Shown here: positions 21,584 to 32,769 of the stretch, piece after piece
Layout of the letters: each line of letters opens with the position of its first letter
Position numbering within the stretch: position 1 is the first letter of the stretch
DNA from: Mustelus asterias
Lineage: Eukaryota
Assembly (NCBI RefSeq): GCF_964213995.1
Contig: NW_027590197.1
Coordinates: forward strand, 744,001-779,552
Direction: 5' to 3'
DNA length: 35,552 bases
The notes under the pieces: generated by a model
What the model was told of the DNA's origin: nothing
Database searches by the model: none
What the model saw: the letters and a program-made list of their open reading frames with translations, nothing else
Translations under genes and position numbers: made by a program

Positions 21584-22564
21584 ATGGAGAAACCGTGGAA
21601 ATGTGTGGATTGTGGGAAGGGATTCGGTTTCCCATCACAACTGGAAGTTCATCGGCGCAGTCACACTGGGGAGAGACCGTTCACCTGCTCCGTCTGTGGG
21701 AAGGGATTCACCCATTCATACAACCTTCTGACTCACCAACGGGTTCACACTGGGGAGAGGCCGTTCACCTGCCCTGTGTGTGGGAAGGGATTCACTCGCT
21801 CATCCCACATTGTGACACACCAACTTGTTCACACTGATGAGAGAATGTTTACATGTTCTGACTGTGAGAAGAGTTTTAAATGCAAAAAGGATCTGCTGAC
21901 ACACCAACGAATTCACACTGGGGAGAGACCGTTCACCTGCTCTGTGTGTGGGAAAGGATTCATTCAGTCATCCCACTTGCAGACACATCAACTTGTTCAC
22001 TCTGATAACAAACTTTTTAATTGTTCCCACTGTGCGAAGAGCTTTAAAAATAAAAAGGATCTGCTAACGCACCAATATGCTCACACTGGGGAGAGGCCAT
22101 TCACCTGCTGTGTGTGTGGGAAGGGATTCAGCCGTCCATCTGCCCTATTGAACCACCAGAGAATTCACACTGGGGAGAGGCCCTTCACCTGCTCAGACTG
22201 TGGGAAGGGATTCACTCGTTCATCCAACTTATTGAATCACCAGCGAGTTCACACTGGGGAGAGGCCGTTCACCTGCTCTGTGTGTGGGAAGGGATTCAGT
22301 CAGTCATCCAACCTGCTGACACACCAGAAAGTTCACAGTGCGGAGAGGCCACTTACCTGCTCTGTCTGTGGGAAGGGATTTTCTCATTTATCTTATCTTC
22401 TGAAACACCAGCGAGTTCACACTGGGGAGAGGCCGTTCACCTGTAATGTCTGTGGAAAGGGATTTATTCAGTCATCCCACCTGCTAACACACCAGCGAGT
22501 TCACAAACGACTGCAAGGTTTGGATTCTACTCTTAATGATGCTGTTAATCATATCCAGGACTGA
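21584..22564 (+). CDS. C2H2 zinc-finger protein unit 4 (11 fingers plus an 18-aa C-terminal tail)
   Basis: Intact 326-aa ORF; acceptor at 21225; AATAAA at about 22612. Confidence 0.9.
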   Translation: MEKPWKCVDCGKGFGFPSQLEVHRRSHTGERPFTCSVCGKGFTHSYNLLTHQRVHTGERPFTCPVCGKGFTRSSHIVTHQLVHTDERMFTCSDCEKSFKCKKDLLTHQRIHTGERPFTCSVCGKGFIQSSHLQTHQLVHSDNKLFNCSHCAKSFKNKKDLLTHQYAHTGERPFTCCVCGKGFSRPSALLNHQRIHTGERPFTCSDCGKGFTRSSNLLNHQRVHTGERPFTCSVCGKGFSQSSNLLTHQKVHSAERPLTCSVCGKGFSHLSYLLKHQRVHTGERPFTCNVCGKGFIQSSHLLTHQRVHKRLQGLDSTLNDAVNHIQD

Positions 22565-23639
22565 ATCGTGTTCACTCTGACAGTCTTCATCCGTTGAGGT
22601 TTAATATTCTGAATAAATATGAAATAGACCAGCTTTGTTTTTTAAAATTGTTGTAGATTTTTGTCTTTCCCACCTGACTGTTTAACATCACCAGGCTGGA
22701 GCTCAGAAAAGACAATCGGGGGTGGATCATATGGCAAACAGGACGCAGTCCTTCAGGGTCACAGAGGGACAAACAGCACTTTGCTCTTCCTCGTCTCTCT
22801 TCACGACAGCAAAGTACCCGTGTGGTTTAATCCTGAGATGTGCAAGAATCTCAGTCACTCCCTTCTATGTTTCAGCGCTCCTAGACCAGGAACAGAAGTT
22901 CCTTTACAACTGTGTTTAGAGTCAGGAAGAACAACAGTGAATGCTGGAAGCATGCTGCTAAATCAGAGATTGGTGCAAAACTGGGATCTGTTCCTGACTG
23001 AGAGTGAAATGGCAGGATTAGATTTCCAGACTGAAAATGCAGAAAAGTCTAAAATATTTTAATGTGTTTGTGTGTCAGTGCCAGTTTATTGAACAGAAAC
23101 CAGCTCAAAATAAATTGGTTAAAGTCTGCATTAAAGTAGCAGCTGGAGAGTTCAAAGGAACCTGTTATCTGCTGGGACAATTAGACAACAATTTGATTCC
23201 CACTGAGACCCACAGTGAATGAGGCTCCCGCGGGCCTCATACAAAAAGTGACGCAGACGTTTCAGGGTCAGAGAAAAAGAGTCGGATCTCAACGAAAATG
23301 CGCAGGAAATGAAGGCCACAATACAGCCCCAGCTGAATAATATTCCCCCACTGAGCTCAGCCATTGTCAGTGTTGTGAAATGTCACATTTGCCATCCTAT
23401 TATTCCCGGATCAAATCCAACCATTCTCCGATCCCATCCGCACAAAATCTGCAGATTACCCCGGGTGAATAACTTCCTTAATCTGTACTTAGAAAAATTC
23501 TGGATTCGGTGCCTATCTGCCCGGCGACACATTTTAAAAGTGATCTATTATCAAATGCAGCCTCAGAATTGTTCCATTTTCAAGTCCGTGGAGCAGAAAT
23601 AATAACTGATTGAAATCAGAGCTTTTCTATTTGGGGAAT

Positions 23640-24092
23640 AGAGGGGTACAGTGAAGATTTACTATGCTGATTCCTGGGATGGCAGCTCTGTCATATGAGG
23701 AGAGATTAAATCCGTTAGGATTATATTCACTGCGGTTTCGAATAGTGAGAGGGGGTCTCATAGAAACTTATAAAATTCTAACAGGGTTCGACAGGGTAGA
23801 TCCAGAAGACTGTTCCCAATGGTGGAATCCAGAACCATGGGTCATCTTTTGAAGATAAGGGAAAAACTGAGGTGAAGGGAAATTCCTTCATCCAGAGAGT
23901 GTTGAATGTATGGAATTCAATACCACCGAATGTAGTTGAGGCCAAAACGTTGTCTGATTTCAAGAAGAAATTTGATATAGCTCTTGGGGCTAAAGGGGTC
24001 GAGGGGGAAGGAGGATCAGGATATTGAATTCCATGATCAGCTATGATTACGATGAATGGCGGAGAAGGCTCCTGCTTCTAGTTTCTATGTTA
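23640..24092 (+). mobile_element. CR1 3' fragment
   Basis: LIPGMAALSYEERL..LGLYSL...RGGLIETYKIL. Confidence 0.85.
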
Positions 24093-24218
24093 TGAGTCCG
24101 TGAAATATTTCCTGGTGCAGAGTTGAGTGACTACTTATCCCCGGTATACTTACAGCACTAACTATTAATTATGTTGAGTCCTGGATGCTACTCATTAATC
24201 CCTGTACGTTAGGCTGCT

Positions 24219-24523
24219 GAATCATTGAATCCCGACAATGCAGGATGGAGCCTGTCCCGACAACAATCCCACCCAGGCCCTATCCCCGTAACCCACATAT
24301 TTACCCTGCTATCCCCTGACACTTAGGGTAATTTTGCGTGGCCAATCCAGCAAACCTGCACAGTTTAGGAATGTGGAGGGAAACTGGAGCACCTGAGGAA
24401 ACCCACGCAGACACGGTGAGAAAGTGCAAACTCCACAGAGACAGTGACCCGAGGCTGGAATCGAACCCGTGTCCCTGGGGCTGTGAGGCAACAATGCGAA
24501 CCACTGCGCCACCGTGTCACCCA
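24219..24523 (-). mobile_element. HE1-like V-SINE
   Basis: Reverse-strand head and V-domain. Confidence 0.9.
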
Positions 24524-24748
24524 TAAATGATTAAATTAGAAAAAAGGATCTGCCTTAAGAAAGATTGATGGACTGAGTTCTGAGGAAAGCGAGTTAACCA
24601 GTTAATGAGACAGAATAAGTGATGATGTGGGAGAGAGCAGAGAGAGAGCAAAGACTTTAGAAATAAGTTTACGGCCAGGGAAGGAATGTGATTGGAAAGT
24701 GCCAGCTATATTAAATCATTAACTAACAGTGATTGGTTCACTGGTTAC

Positions 24749-25071
24749 GGGGCGGCATGATGCCACAATGGTCAGCGCTGCTGTCTCACAGTGTCAGGGA
24801 CCCGGGTTCAATTCCGGCTTCGGATCACTTTCTGTCTGAGTTTGCATGTTCTCCCAGTGTCTACGTGGGTCCCCTTCGGGTTCTCCTGTTTCCTCCCACA
24901 GTCCAAAGATGTGCAGGTTAGGTTGATTGGCCATGCTAAATTGACCCGAGCGTCAGGGGATACGCAGGGTAAATACATGGAGTTGCGGGAGTGGAGCCTG
25001 GGTGGTATTGTGACCGGTATAGACTCGATGGGGCGAATGGCCTCCTTCTGCACTGCAGGGATTTTATGATT
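24749..25071 (+). mobile_element. HE1-like V-SINE ending just upstream of the TCR V promoter
   Basis: Head ggggcggcatg..., V-domain, tail attttatgatt. Confidence 0.9.
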
Positions 25072-25074
25072 CGC

Positions 25075-25180
25075 AGCTGACGTCAGCTCAGGGAGATGAG
25101 CCAATCGCAGCACTGAGAAACGCCTCCCTGTTTCTGAATACTTGAAGCTGCCTCTGATCTGAGTTCACTCTGTGATATAA
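25075..25180 (+). promoter_or_regulatory. TCR V promoter: CRE, CCAAT, TATA
   Basis: TGACGTCA at 25078-25085 inside the 14-bp palindrome AGCTGACGTCAGCT; CCAAT at 25101-25105; TATAA at 25176-25180. Confidence 0.7.
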
Positions 25181-25238
25181 GACTAGAGGCAGCAACTTAT
25201 TGTAAACATTGTCGCTGCTTACTGTCCAATCAGGAACC

Positions 25239-25284
25239 ATGTATCTCCTGTGTGCTTTACTGATAACAATGACCACGCTGCCCG
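25239..25284 (+). CDS. TCR V leader exon (L-PART1)
   Basis: MYLLCALLITMTTLP(G), hydrophobic; phase-1 donor GTGAGT at 25285; intron 25285-25369 ends ttgttgcag. Confidence 0.9.
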
Positions 25285-25369
25285 GTGAGTCTGAGCTCAG
25301 ATCCTCAGTGTGTGTTTCATGGGTTATATTTGTTCACAGATTTCTCACACATTCTACATTTTGTTGCAG

Positions 25370-25676
25370 GAATCAATGGCCAAGATTCAGTTTCCCAGGA
25401 CCCGGCTGAATTAACGGTTCAGGAAGGATTGAACGTAATAGTGAATTGTAATTACACAACAACGGATGCTTTTCCAAATCTCTTCTGGTACATCCAGTAT
25501 CCCGGGGAAGCTCCGAGATATTTACTGCAGAAATATAGCACGGGGGGCGGAGAAAAGTCTCCAGATTTCCCTGACCGGTTTTCTGCTGATTTGGACAAGG
25601 ACAAGAAAACAGTTCCTTTAAATATCACTGGGGTCCATGTCTCTGACTCTGCCGTATATCACTGTGCGCTGAGCCC
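25370..25676 (+). CDS. TRAV: T-cell receptor alpha/delta-type variable gene segment (V exon)
   Basis: In frame with the leader: (G)INGQDSVSQDP...NCNY...LFWYIQYPGEAPRYLL...DRFSADL...VPLNITGVHVSDSAVYHCALSP. Both Cys and the Trp of the Ig V-set fold are present, with no stops. Confidence 0.9.
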
Positions 25677-25715
25677 CACACTGCTACAGAGGCGCAGTGA
25701 GCCCGTACAAAAACC
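25677..25715 (+). other. Recombination signal sequence, 23-bp spacer
   Basis: Heptamer CACACTG (25677-25683), 23 nt, perfect nonamer ACAAAAACC (25707-25715). Confidence 0.95.
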
Positions 25716-25914
25716 TGCAAAGGCACTCTCACCTCCTCTCACTGAATCAGATCTGTGACCTGGATTGTGAACTGTTAATACAAACAGAACAATTGTATAA
25801 CGAAGAGTTAGTCCGAATGTTCTCATTCCATGGTGCTGAATGTGCCATTCTTGTTTAAACACTCTGCAATGCTGAGACTGGGAGAAGTGAACAACAGGGG
25901 GCAGCATTGCAGCT

Positions 25915-27010
25915 TCCATTTTACTATTATTCCTTCCAAAGTGGATAAGCTCACACTTACCAACGCTATACTCCATCTGCCAGATCCTCGCCCACTCACT
26001 TAGCCTATCCAAATCTCTCTGCAGACTTACCGCATCCTCCACGCAATTCACTTTCCCACTCATCTTTGTGTCATCCGCAAACTTTGTTACCCAACACTCG
26101 GTCCCCTCCTCCAGATCGTCTATGCATATGGTAAATACTTGAGGCCCCAGCACCAATCCCTGTGGCACGCCACTAGTCACCAACTGCCAACCAGAAAAGC
26201 ACCCATTTATTCCAACTCTCTGCTTCCTGTTAGATAGCCAATCCCCAATCCACGCTAACACTTTACCCCTAACTCCGTGCACCCTGATTTTCTGCAGCAA
26301 CCTTTTGTGAGGCACCTTATCGAACGCCTTCTGGAAATCCAAAAACACCACATCCACTGGTTCCCCTCTGTCAACCGCACTCGTTACATCAACATAAAAA
26401 TCCAGTAAATTTGTCAAACACGACTTTCCCTTCATGAATCCATGCTGCGTCTGCTTGATCAAACCATTTTTTTCCAGGTGTCCTGCTATTTCTTCCTTAA
26501 TGATGAATTCCAGCAATTTCCCAACTACGGACGTTAAGCTAACCGGCCTGTAGTTACCCGCCTTTTGTCTACCTCCTTTTTTAAACAGTGGCGTCACATT
26601 AGCTGTTTTCCAATCAGCCGGCACTTCCCCAGAGTCCAGCGTATTTTGATAAATTACAACCAACGCATCCTCTATTACTTCTGCCATTTCTTTCAGTCCC
26701 CTGGGATGCATTCCATCCGGGCCCGGGGACTTGTCTACCTTTAGTCCCATTAGCCTCCCAAGCACTACCTCTTTAGTAATAGTAATCATTTTAAGGACCT
26801 CATCCCCTACAGTCCCATGACCGTCAATTTTCGGTAAGCTATTTGTGTCCTCTACCGTGAAGACTGATACAAAAAACTTGTTTAAGGCCTCAGCCATTTC
26901 CTCGTTTCCCATTATTAAATCCCCCTTCTCATCTACTAAGGGTCCAACATTTACTTTAGCTACTCTTTTCCTTTTTATATATTTGTAAAAACTTTTACTA
27001 TCTCTCTGTC
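25915..27010 (-). mobile_element. CR1-clade LINE RT fragment, truncated at both ends, same subfamily as 4555-6442
   Basis: Open RT frame with DFQKAFDKVPH, SGVPQG and FADDTK; similarity ends at HFGRNNSK with no 3' tail. Confidence 0.95.
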
Positions 27011-27205
27011 CCTCCCCCCCCCCCCCTGGGCTTTGCCCCCCCCCCTGGGCTTTGCCCCCCCCCCCCCCGGGCTTTGCCCCCCCCCCCGGGCTTTGCCCCC
27101 CCCCGGGCTTTGCCCCCCCCCCCCGGGCTTTGCCCCCCCCGGGCTTTGCCCCCCCCGGGCATTGCCCCCCCCCGAGCATTGCCCCCCCCCGAGCATTGCC
27201 CCCCC
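27011..27205. repeat. GC-rich tandem repeat (GGGCTTTG-C7..12)n, about 10 units
   Basis: Visible directly; G-runs on the minus strand. Confidence 0.9.
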
Positions 27206-27272
27206 AACCCACACATCCTGGGACACTAAGTGGCAATTGAGCATGGCCAATCAACCTAACCTGTACATCTTA
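27206..27272 (-). mobile_element. HE1-like SINE internal fragment
   Basis: gacactaagtggcaattgagcatggccaatcaacctaacctgtacatct. Confidence 0.75.
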
Positions 27273-27277
27273 TAAAC

Positions 27278-27433
27278 AGTAAGAAGTCTCACAATACCAG
27301 GTTAAAGTCCAACAGGTTTATTTGATCGCACGAGCTTTCGGAGCACTGCTCCTTCATCAGGTGAATGGCCACTCACCTGATGAACCTGGTGTTGTGTGCC
27401 CACCCCAGTCCAACGCCGACATCTCCACGTCAT
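27278..27433. mobile_element. Penelope-type repeat, family 1: minus-strand copy (27278-27364) joined to an internally deleted plus-strand copy
   Basis: Homologous to 645-780 in both orientations. Confidence 0.8.
27328..27364 (-). ncRNA. Minimal type-I hammerhead ribozyme motif
   Basis: Reverse complement TCAC-CTGATGA-A-GGAGC(agt)GCTCC-GAAA-GC-T-C-GTGC: intact core, CUC cleavage triplet. Confidence 0.75.
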
Positions 27434-27696
27434 CTTATGGACTGCAGATTGATTCTCTGGAGAATCCTGTTCTTTCTCTCTATCAACATTCCTCTGCAAG
27501 TTTTATTTCCTTCAAGTACCCATCCAATTTCATTTTGAAATGATTGAATCTTCTGTTCCACCATCCTCATAGGCAGCGAGTTCTAGATCATGTGCTCTCC
27601 CTACCTAAATATAAATCTTCCTCAAATCCCTGCTCTACCACTACTCAAGTAATGTCCTGTATGTTACACTTTTATCCAGTATTATAGACATCTGTC

Positions 27697-28750
<1,054 letters not shown>

Positions 28751-29104
28751 TGACAGGGGTTGGATTCTGTTTTATTGCTGCTGTTAATCACATCCAGGAC
28801 TGAACCATGTTCATTCTGACAGTTGGTGAAGTGGGAGGGTCGGAGGGTTTCTTTCTGCTGGACTGGCCGGTCTCACGACTTTGCTTCTAGTTCGCTGATG
28901 CTCTTTGAGCCTGGGAGAGCACATTGCCACTGAAATGATCCACAAAAGCTGATGAAGGACATTTATTTTATCCTGGATAGTAAATAGTGTTTTTCCTACC
29001 ACTACAGGTAGATTTAAAATAAATACAGAAAGGACTGGAAAAACACAACACGTCTTGCAGCATCTGTGGAGAGAGAAACAGTGTTAATGTTTCACACTAC
29101 TGGA

Positions 29105-29285
29105 TTGGGAATCAATCTTGTAAACCTCCTCTGAACTGCTTCCAATGTATTTATATCCTTTGTTTAATAGGAGACAAAATTGTACCCTGTGTTCAAGGTG
29201 CAATCTCAGCAACGCCCTGCACAACTGAAGCATAACATCTTTACTTCTATGTTCAATTTCTCTCAGAATAAAGGATAGCATTCCA
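29105..29285 (-). mobile_element. Degenerate CR1 fragment
   Basis: MLSFILREIEHRSKDVMLQLCRALLRLHLEHRVQF. Confidence 0.75.
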
Positions 29286-29606
29286 TTTATAAGAACTTTG
29301 ATTTGTTTGAACTAAGATTTATGAGGGTTCTCTTGTTTACAATAACCTCCCCAATCGTAAATCACACCAGGTTCCAGTGACTTAATCATATGGCAAGAAA
29401 GAACACTTTAAATGGTGAATTCAGAAAGTTTATTAACCATTAAAAATGTAACGAGTCAGAAAGATAAAAAAGCAAAGTATCGATCAACAGCAAAAGGAGG
29501 AGAGCTTAACTTCAACTTCTCCATCCTTCTCAAACCAGGACATGAAGTGATGGCTCTGAAAACGTGGATAACTTGTAAAACCAGCAGCTCTCAACGTCTC
29601 TCTGTA

Positions 29607-29900
29607 GGGCACAGTGTGAGGCACTGCTGCCTCACAGCAGAGGGTTCGAGTCCCGGCTTGGGTCACTGGCTGTGCGGAGTTCGCCCATTCTCCCCGTGTC
29701 TGTGCAGGTTTCCTCTGGGTGCTCCGGTTTCCTCCCACAGTCCGAAAGACGTGCTGGTTGGGTACATTGGCCATGCTAAATTCTTCCTCAGTTTACCCAA
29801 ACAGGCACCAGAGTGTGGCGACTGGGGGATTATCAGAGTAACTTCATTGCAATGTTAATGTAAGTCTATGTGTGACACTAATAAACAAACTATAAAAAAA
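29607..29900 (+). mobile_element. HE1-like V-SINE, same subfamily as 37-338
   Basis: V-domain and identical tail type. Confidence 0.9.
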
Positions 29901-30556
29901 GTTAACTTTTAAAAACTTCTACCAGATTGGTTTCTCGAATCCCCTTTTTTATACTTTCAAAATGTAGAAAGCCATCCTCAGCTAATTGTTAGGAATTAGC
30001 CAATTGGTCTATAACTTGTCAATAATGAAATTGATTTGGTTTTTAGCTAATTGCACATATTGTCTTAATTTTAAGACATACCTTTCTCTCAAACGATATC
30101 TCTTAGCTTGGGGTAGCCCAAGTGTTGACCGATAATTGGTTCACATCAGTCATTCAATGTTGAGACATCTTGAACAGGAGCCGATTCATTCCCTCCAGTC
30201 AAGGTTAACAAGTCCTTTCATCTTTCTTTATTCTGTCAGCATGGGAAGGGAACATCTTATAATTCCCACAGCATTTTAACCATTCTTAAAGTGTTTATAA
30301 TTCTAAAAGCTATAAACCTGTGTTCAAATTTATATTTCCAGCCTTTATAACATATGTATTAATGAATCATTTATTATTTAATTGTCTCACAATTAATGCT
30401 GTCTATTTAACTAATCTGGCTGCTTTCCAATTGTGGGAACTTCAGGCCACAAAAAAGGTAGTTAGAGTCGTAGAGGTTTACAGCATGGAAACAGGCCTTT
30501 CGGCCCAACTTGTCCATGCTGCCCAGTTTTTACCACTAAGCTAGTCCTAATTGCCC

Positions 30557-30706
30557 TGGAATATTACTCATGATCTGTGCTTCCAAGCATTTTGAATGTG
30601 CATCTACAACAAGCAAAAACATGTGATTCATGAAAGGCCCCCCAAAGTCCACATGTAGTCTGGACCACGGCCTATCAGGCCACTCCCGAGGATGAAGTGG
30701 TAATGT
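30557..30706 (-). mobile_element. Ty3/Gypsy LTR-retrotransposon integrase fragment
   Basis: PLHPREWPDRPWSRLHVDFGGPFMNHMFLLVVDAHSK, the start of the rve core. Confidence 0.85.
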
Positions 30707-31400
30707 ACCCAGTGTGTTGTGGGGAATGAACTCAGAAGAATCATTCAACACTCAAACCTGATTCAATCGACAAACAGTTTATTGAGTTACGCCAGCGGGG
30801 AGAAGCCACAGGGGCTGACCATGTGCAACTCCACCCAACAAAGAATATCATCAATTCTTATCCAGTTACTCAGCCCATCCCGGCTGGACACAATCCAATC
30901 AGAATGGTGATAGATTACATACATTATAGGTTCAATAAAATTAGTATCTGGGCATTATGGGGCTTTGTGATCATCTCATGGACAGATAGGTGCCCCCATC
31001 ATGATGTTTTCCAGACCCCCTCGTCTACCATCCTTGGGGTTTTCTTTGTACATAGACTCAGTTTGAAAAGGGGTGGATTAAAAATTCTCAAATGGATGTC
31101 AGCACCCTTCCTTTGTTTCAATCTAATGACCACACGGTCTGGGAACATTTCTATTTAATAATCTCTCCTTTTAAACTCTGTTCTTCAGTATCCAATTCCA
31201 GAATTTTCCTTTTCATTGTGTTAATTGTGTCAGGATTAAATCTTTGGACCTGACAGGAAGTTTAACCCAAGATCAATCCAACACAGGATTGGTCAGAATC
31301 GTTTCATATGTACCAAATTTTAAATAACTGAAGGGGGCGACCTTTATGCTTAATATCATGGATATTTTTACGTGTGTATATCAAATTTATTTTAAAATAT

Positions 31401-31905
31401 TGTCAACAGTTCACAGCAATGCGATGACTCATGGAGAGGCTCCTTGCACCCCCTAATCACTTCAGACAGCCTTAATCACTTTAGACTCCAAGCAGGGAAA
31501 CACAGACAATAGCTCAACTGATTAGATTATGCAAGAAGCTCAAATCACAAAGGGAGCCCTCCAGAAACAGATCAGCCCAGGGGAAATGGGATCAGCTCCA
31601 CCTATCTATAATGGCTGTTTTAATATCTCGCTATTGTGCCACTGCTTTGTGTTATGAGCTGGTACTGATCATGTAACTTGTCGTAAATGTTGAACCTATT
31701 ACCATATGTTTGGCATGAAGTTCAAAACCCTATAAACTGTAAAGCGCATAATGGCCAGGCAGAGCAGTTGACGAGCAGCTGTCTCTCCCCAGGCCTGCGG
31801 TTTTGTTATTTTAAACAGAGAATAAAATTTGTGTTGCCTTTTTGTACTGTACTCATGTCTGCTTGTCTTTCATGCTGGTAGGAAGTGAGAAAACTTCCCC
31901 TTACA
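31401..31905 (+). mobile_element. Possible solo LTR
   Basis: TG...CA ends, TATAAA (~31731), AATAAA (31821); flanks atat/ataa give only an imperfect target-site duplication. Confidence 0.3.
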
Positions 31906-32769
31906 ATAACCATGACAAATTAAAACTCTCAATTTCATGAGTGAGTTTTATCTGGATTAAAATTCCCACACGTTTAGTAAAATATCCTGGAATCCTGTCT
32001 CTGGACAGTAAATATGGCTCCAGGTTCATAACTTTTGAAAAAAAAAGCTTTATTCATTACACTTCCATTTTAAAAATCTGTTTGATTTAAATCACAGACA
32101 AAAAACCTCAAAGCTTAAAGCGTTCAACCCACAAATATCATCCACACACCAACAGAGAAACTTAGCATGTGCTTTACAATAATAACCAAAATTAATTACT
32201 TAAGCATTCTTCTGATTCTGTTTTTAAACTCCCAAAAATGCCTTTAATTAAAGACTCAAGGTAAGGTTAATTCCCCAGAAAGATAAACCTTAACAAATGT
32301 AGCCCAAAACAATGATAAAACACATCTACAAACATCCACACAAAAACAAACAAAACACACAGATTCTCACAGCTTGTAAATTTCAAACAATGAATCCTCA
32401 GCATTCTCTCTCGCAGCTATAACTTCTTAAAGCGACAGAGCACTACAAGCTCACAACTCCTTGATTAAAATAAGATGCAAGATCCTTCATTGTAACTTAA
32501 CCCTTTTTAAGCCAACTTCCAAGGCCTGATTTTATCAGCAACATCTAATCTTTGTTAATTTAAAATCCCAAACACGTTACCACCTGCAAACTCTTTGTTC
32601 TTTATCTGGTGTTGAGGTGACAACAAAATAAAATTCTCAGTTATTCCAAATTCCTCCAGGGTATGCTTAAAATTTCCACATTTAACTGGCTCCAATAAAT
32701 CCACAATTATAAACTAAAATAGACACGAGTTTCTGGGTGATTTAAAAACAAGTTAAAAACAAGATGCCA

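Noticed and set aside
25285-25758. 157-aa single-exon ORF as the V gene model
   Set aside because: Begins at the intron donor and reads through the RSS; the spliced leader plus V model fits better.
25659-27254. 531-aa Gly-rich-RT fusion protein as a real gene
   Set aside because: Chance in-frame join of a SINE fragment, a GC repeat, a truncated CR1 and antisense V flank; non-ATG start.
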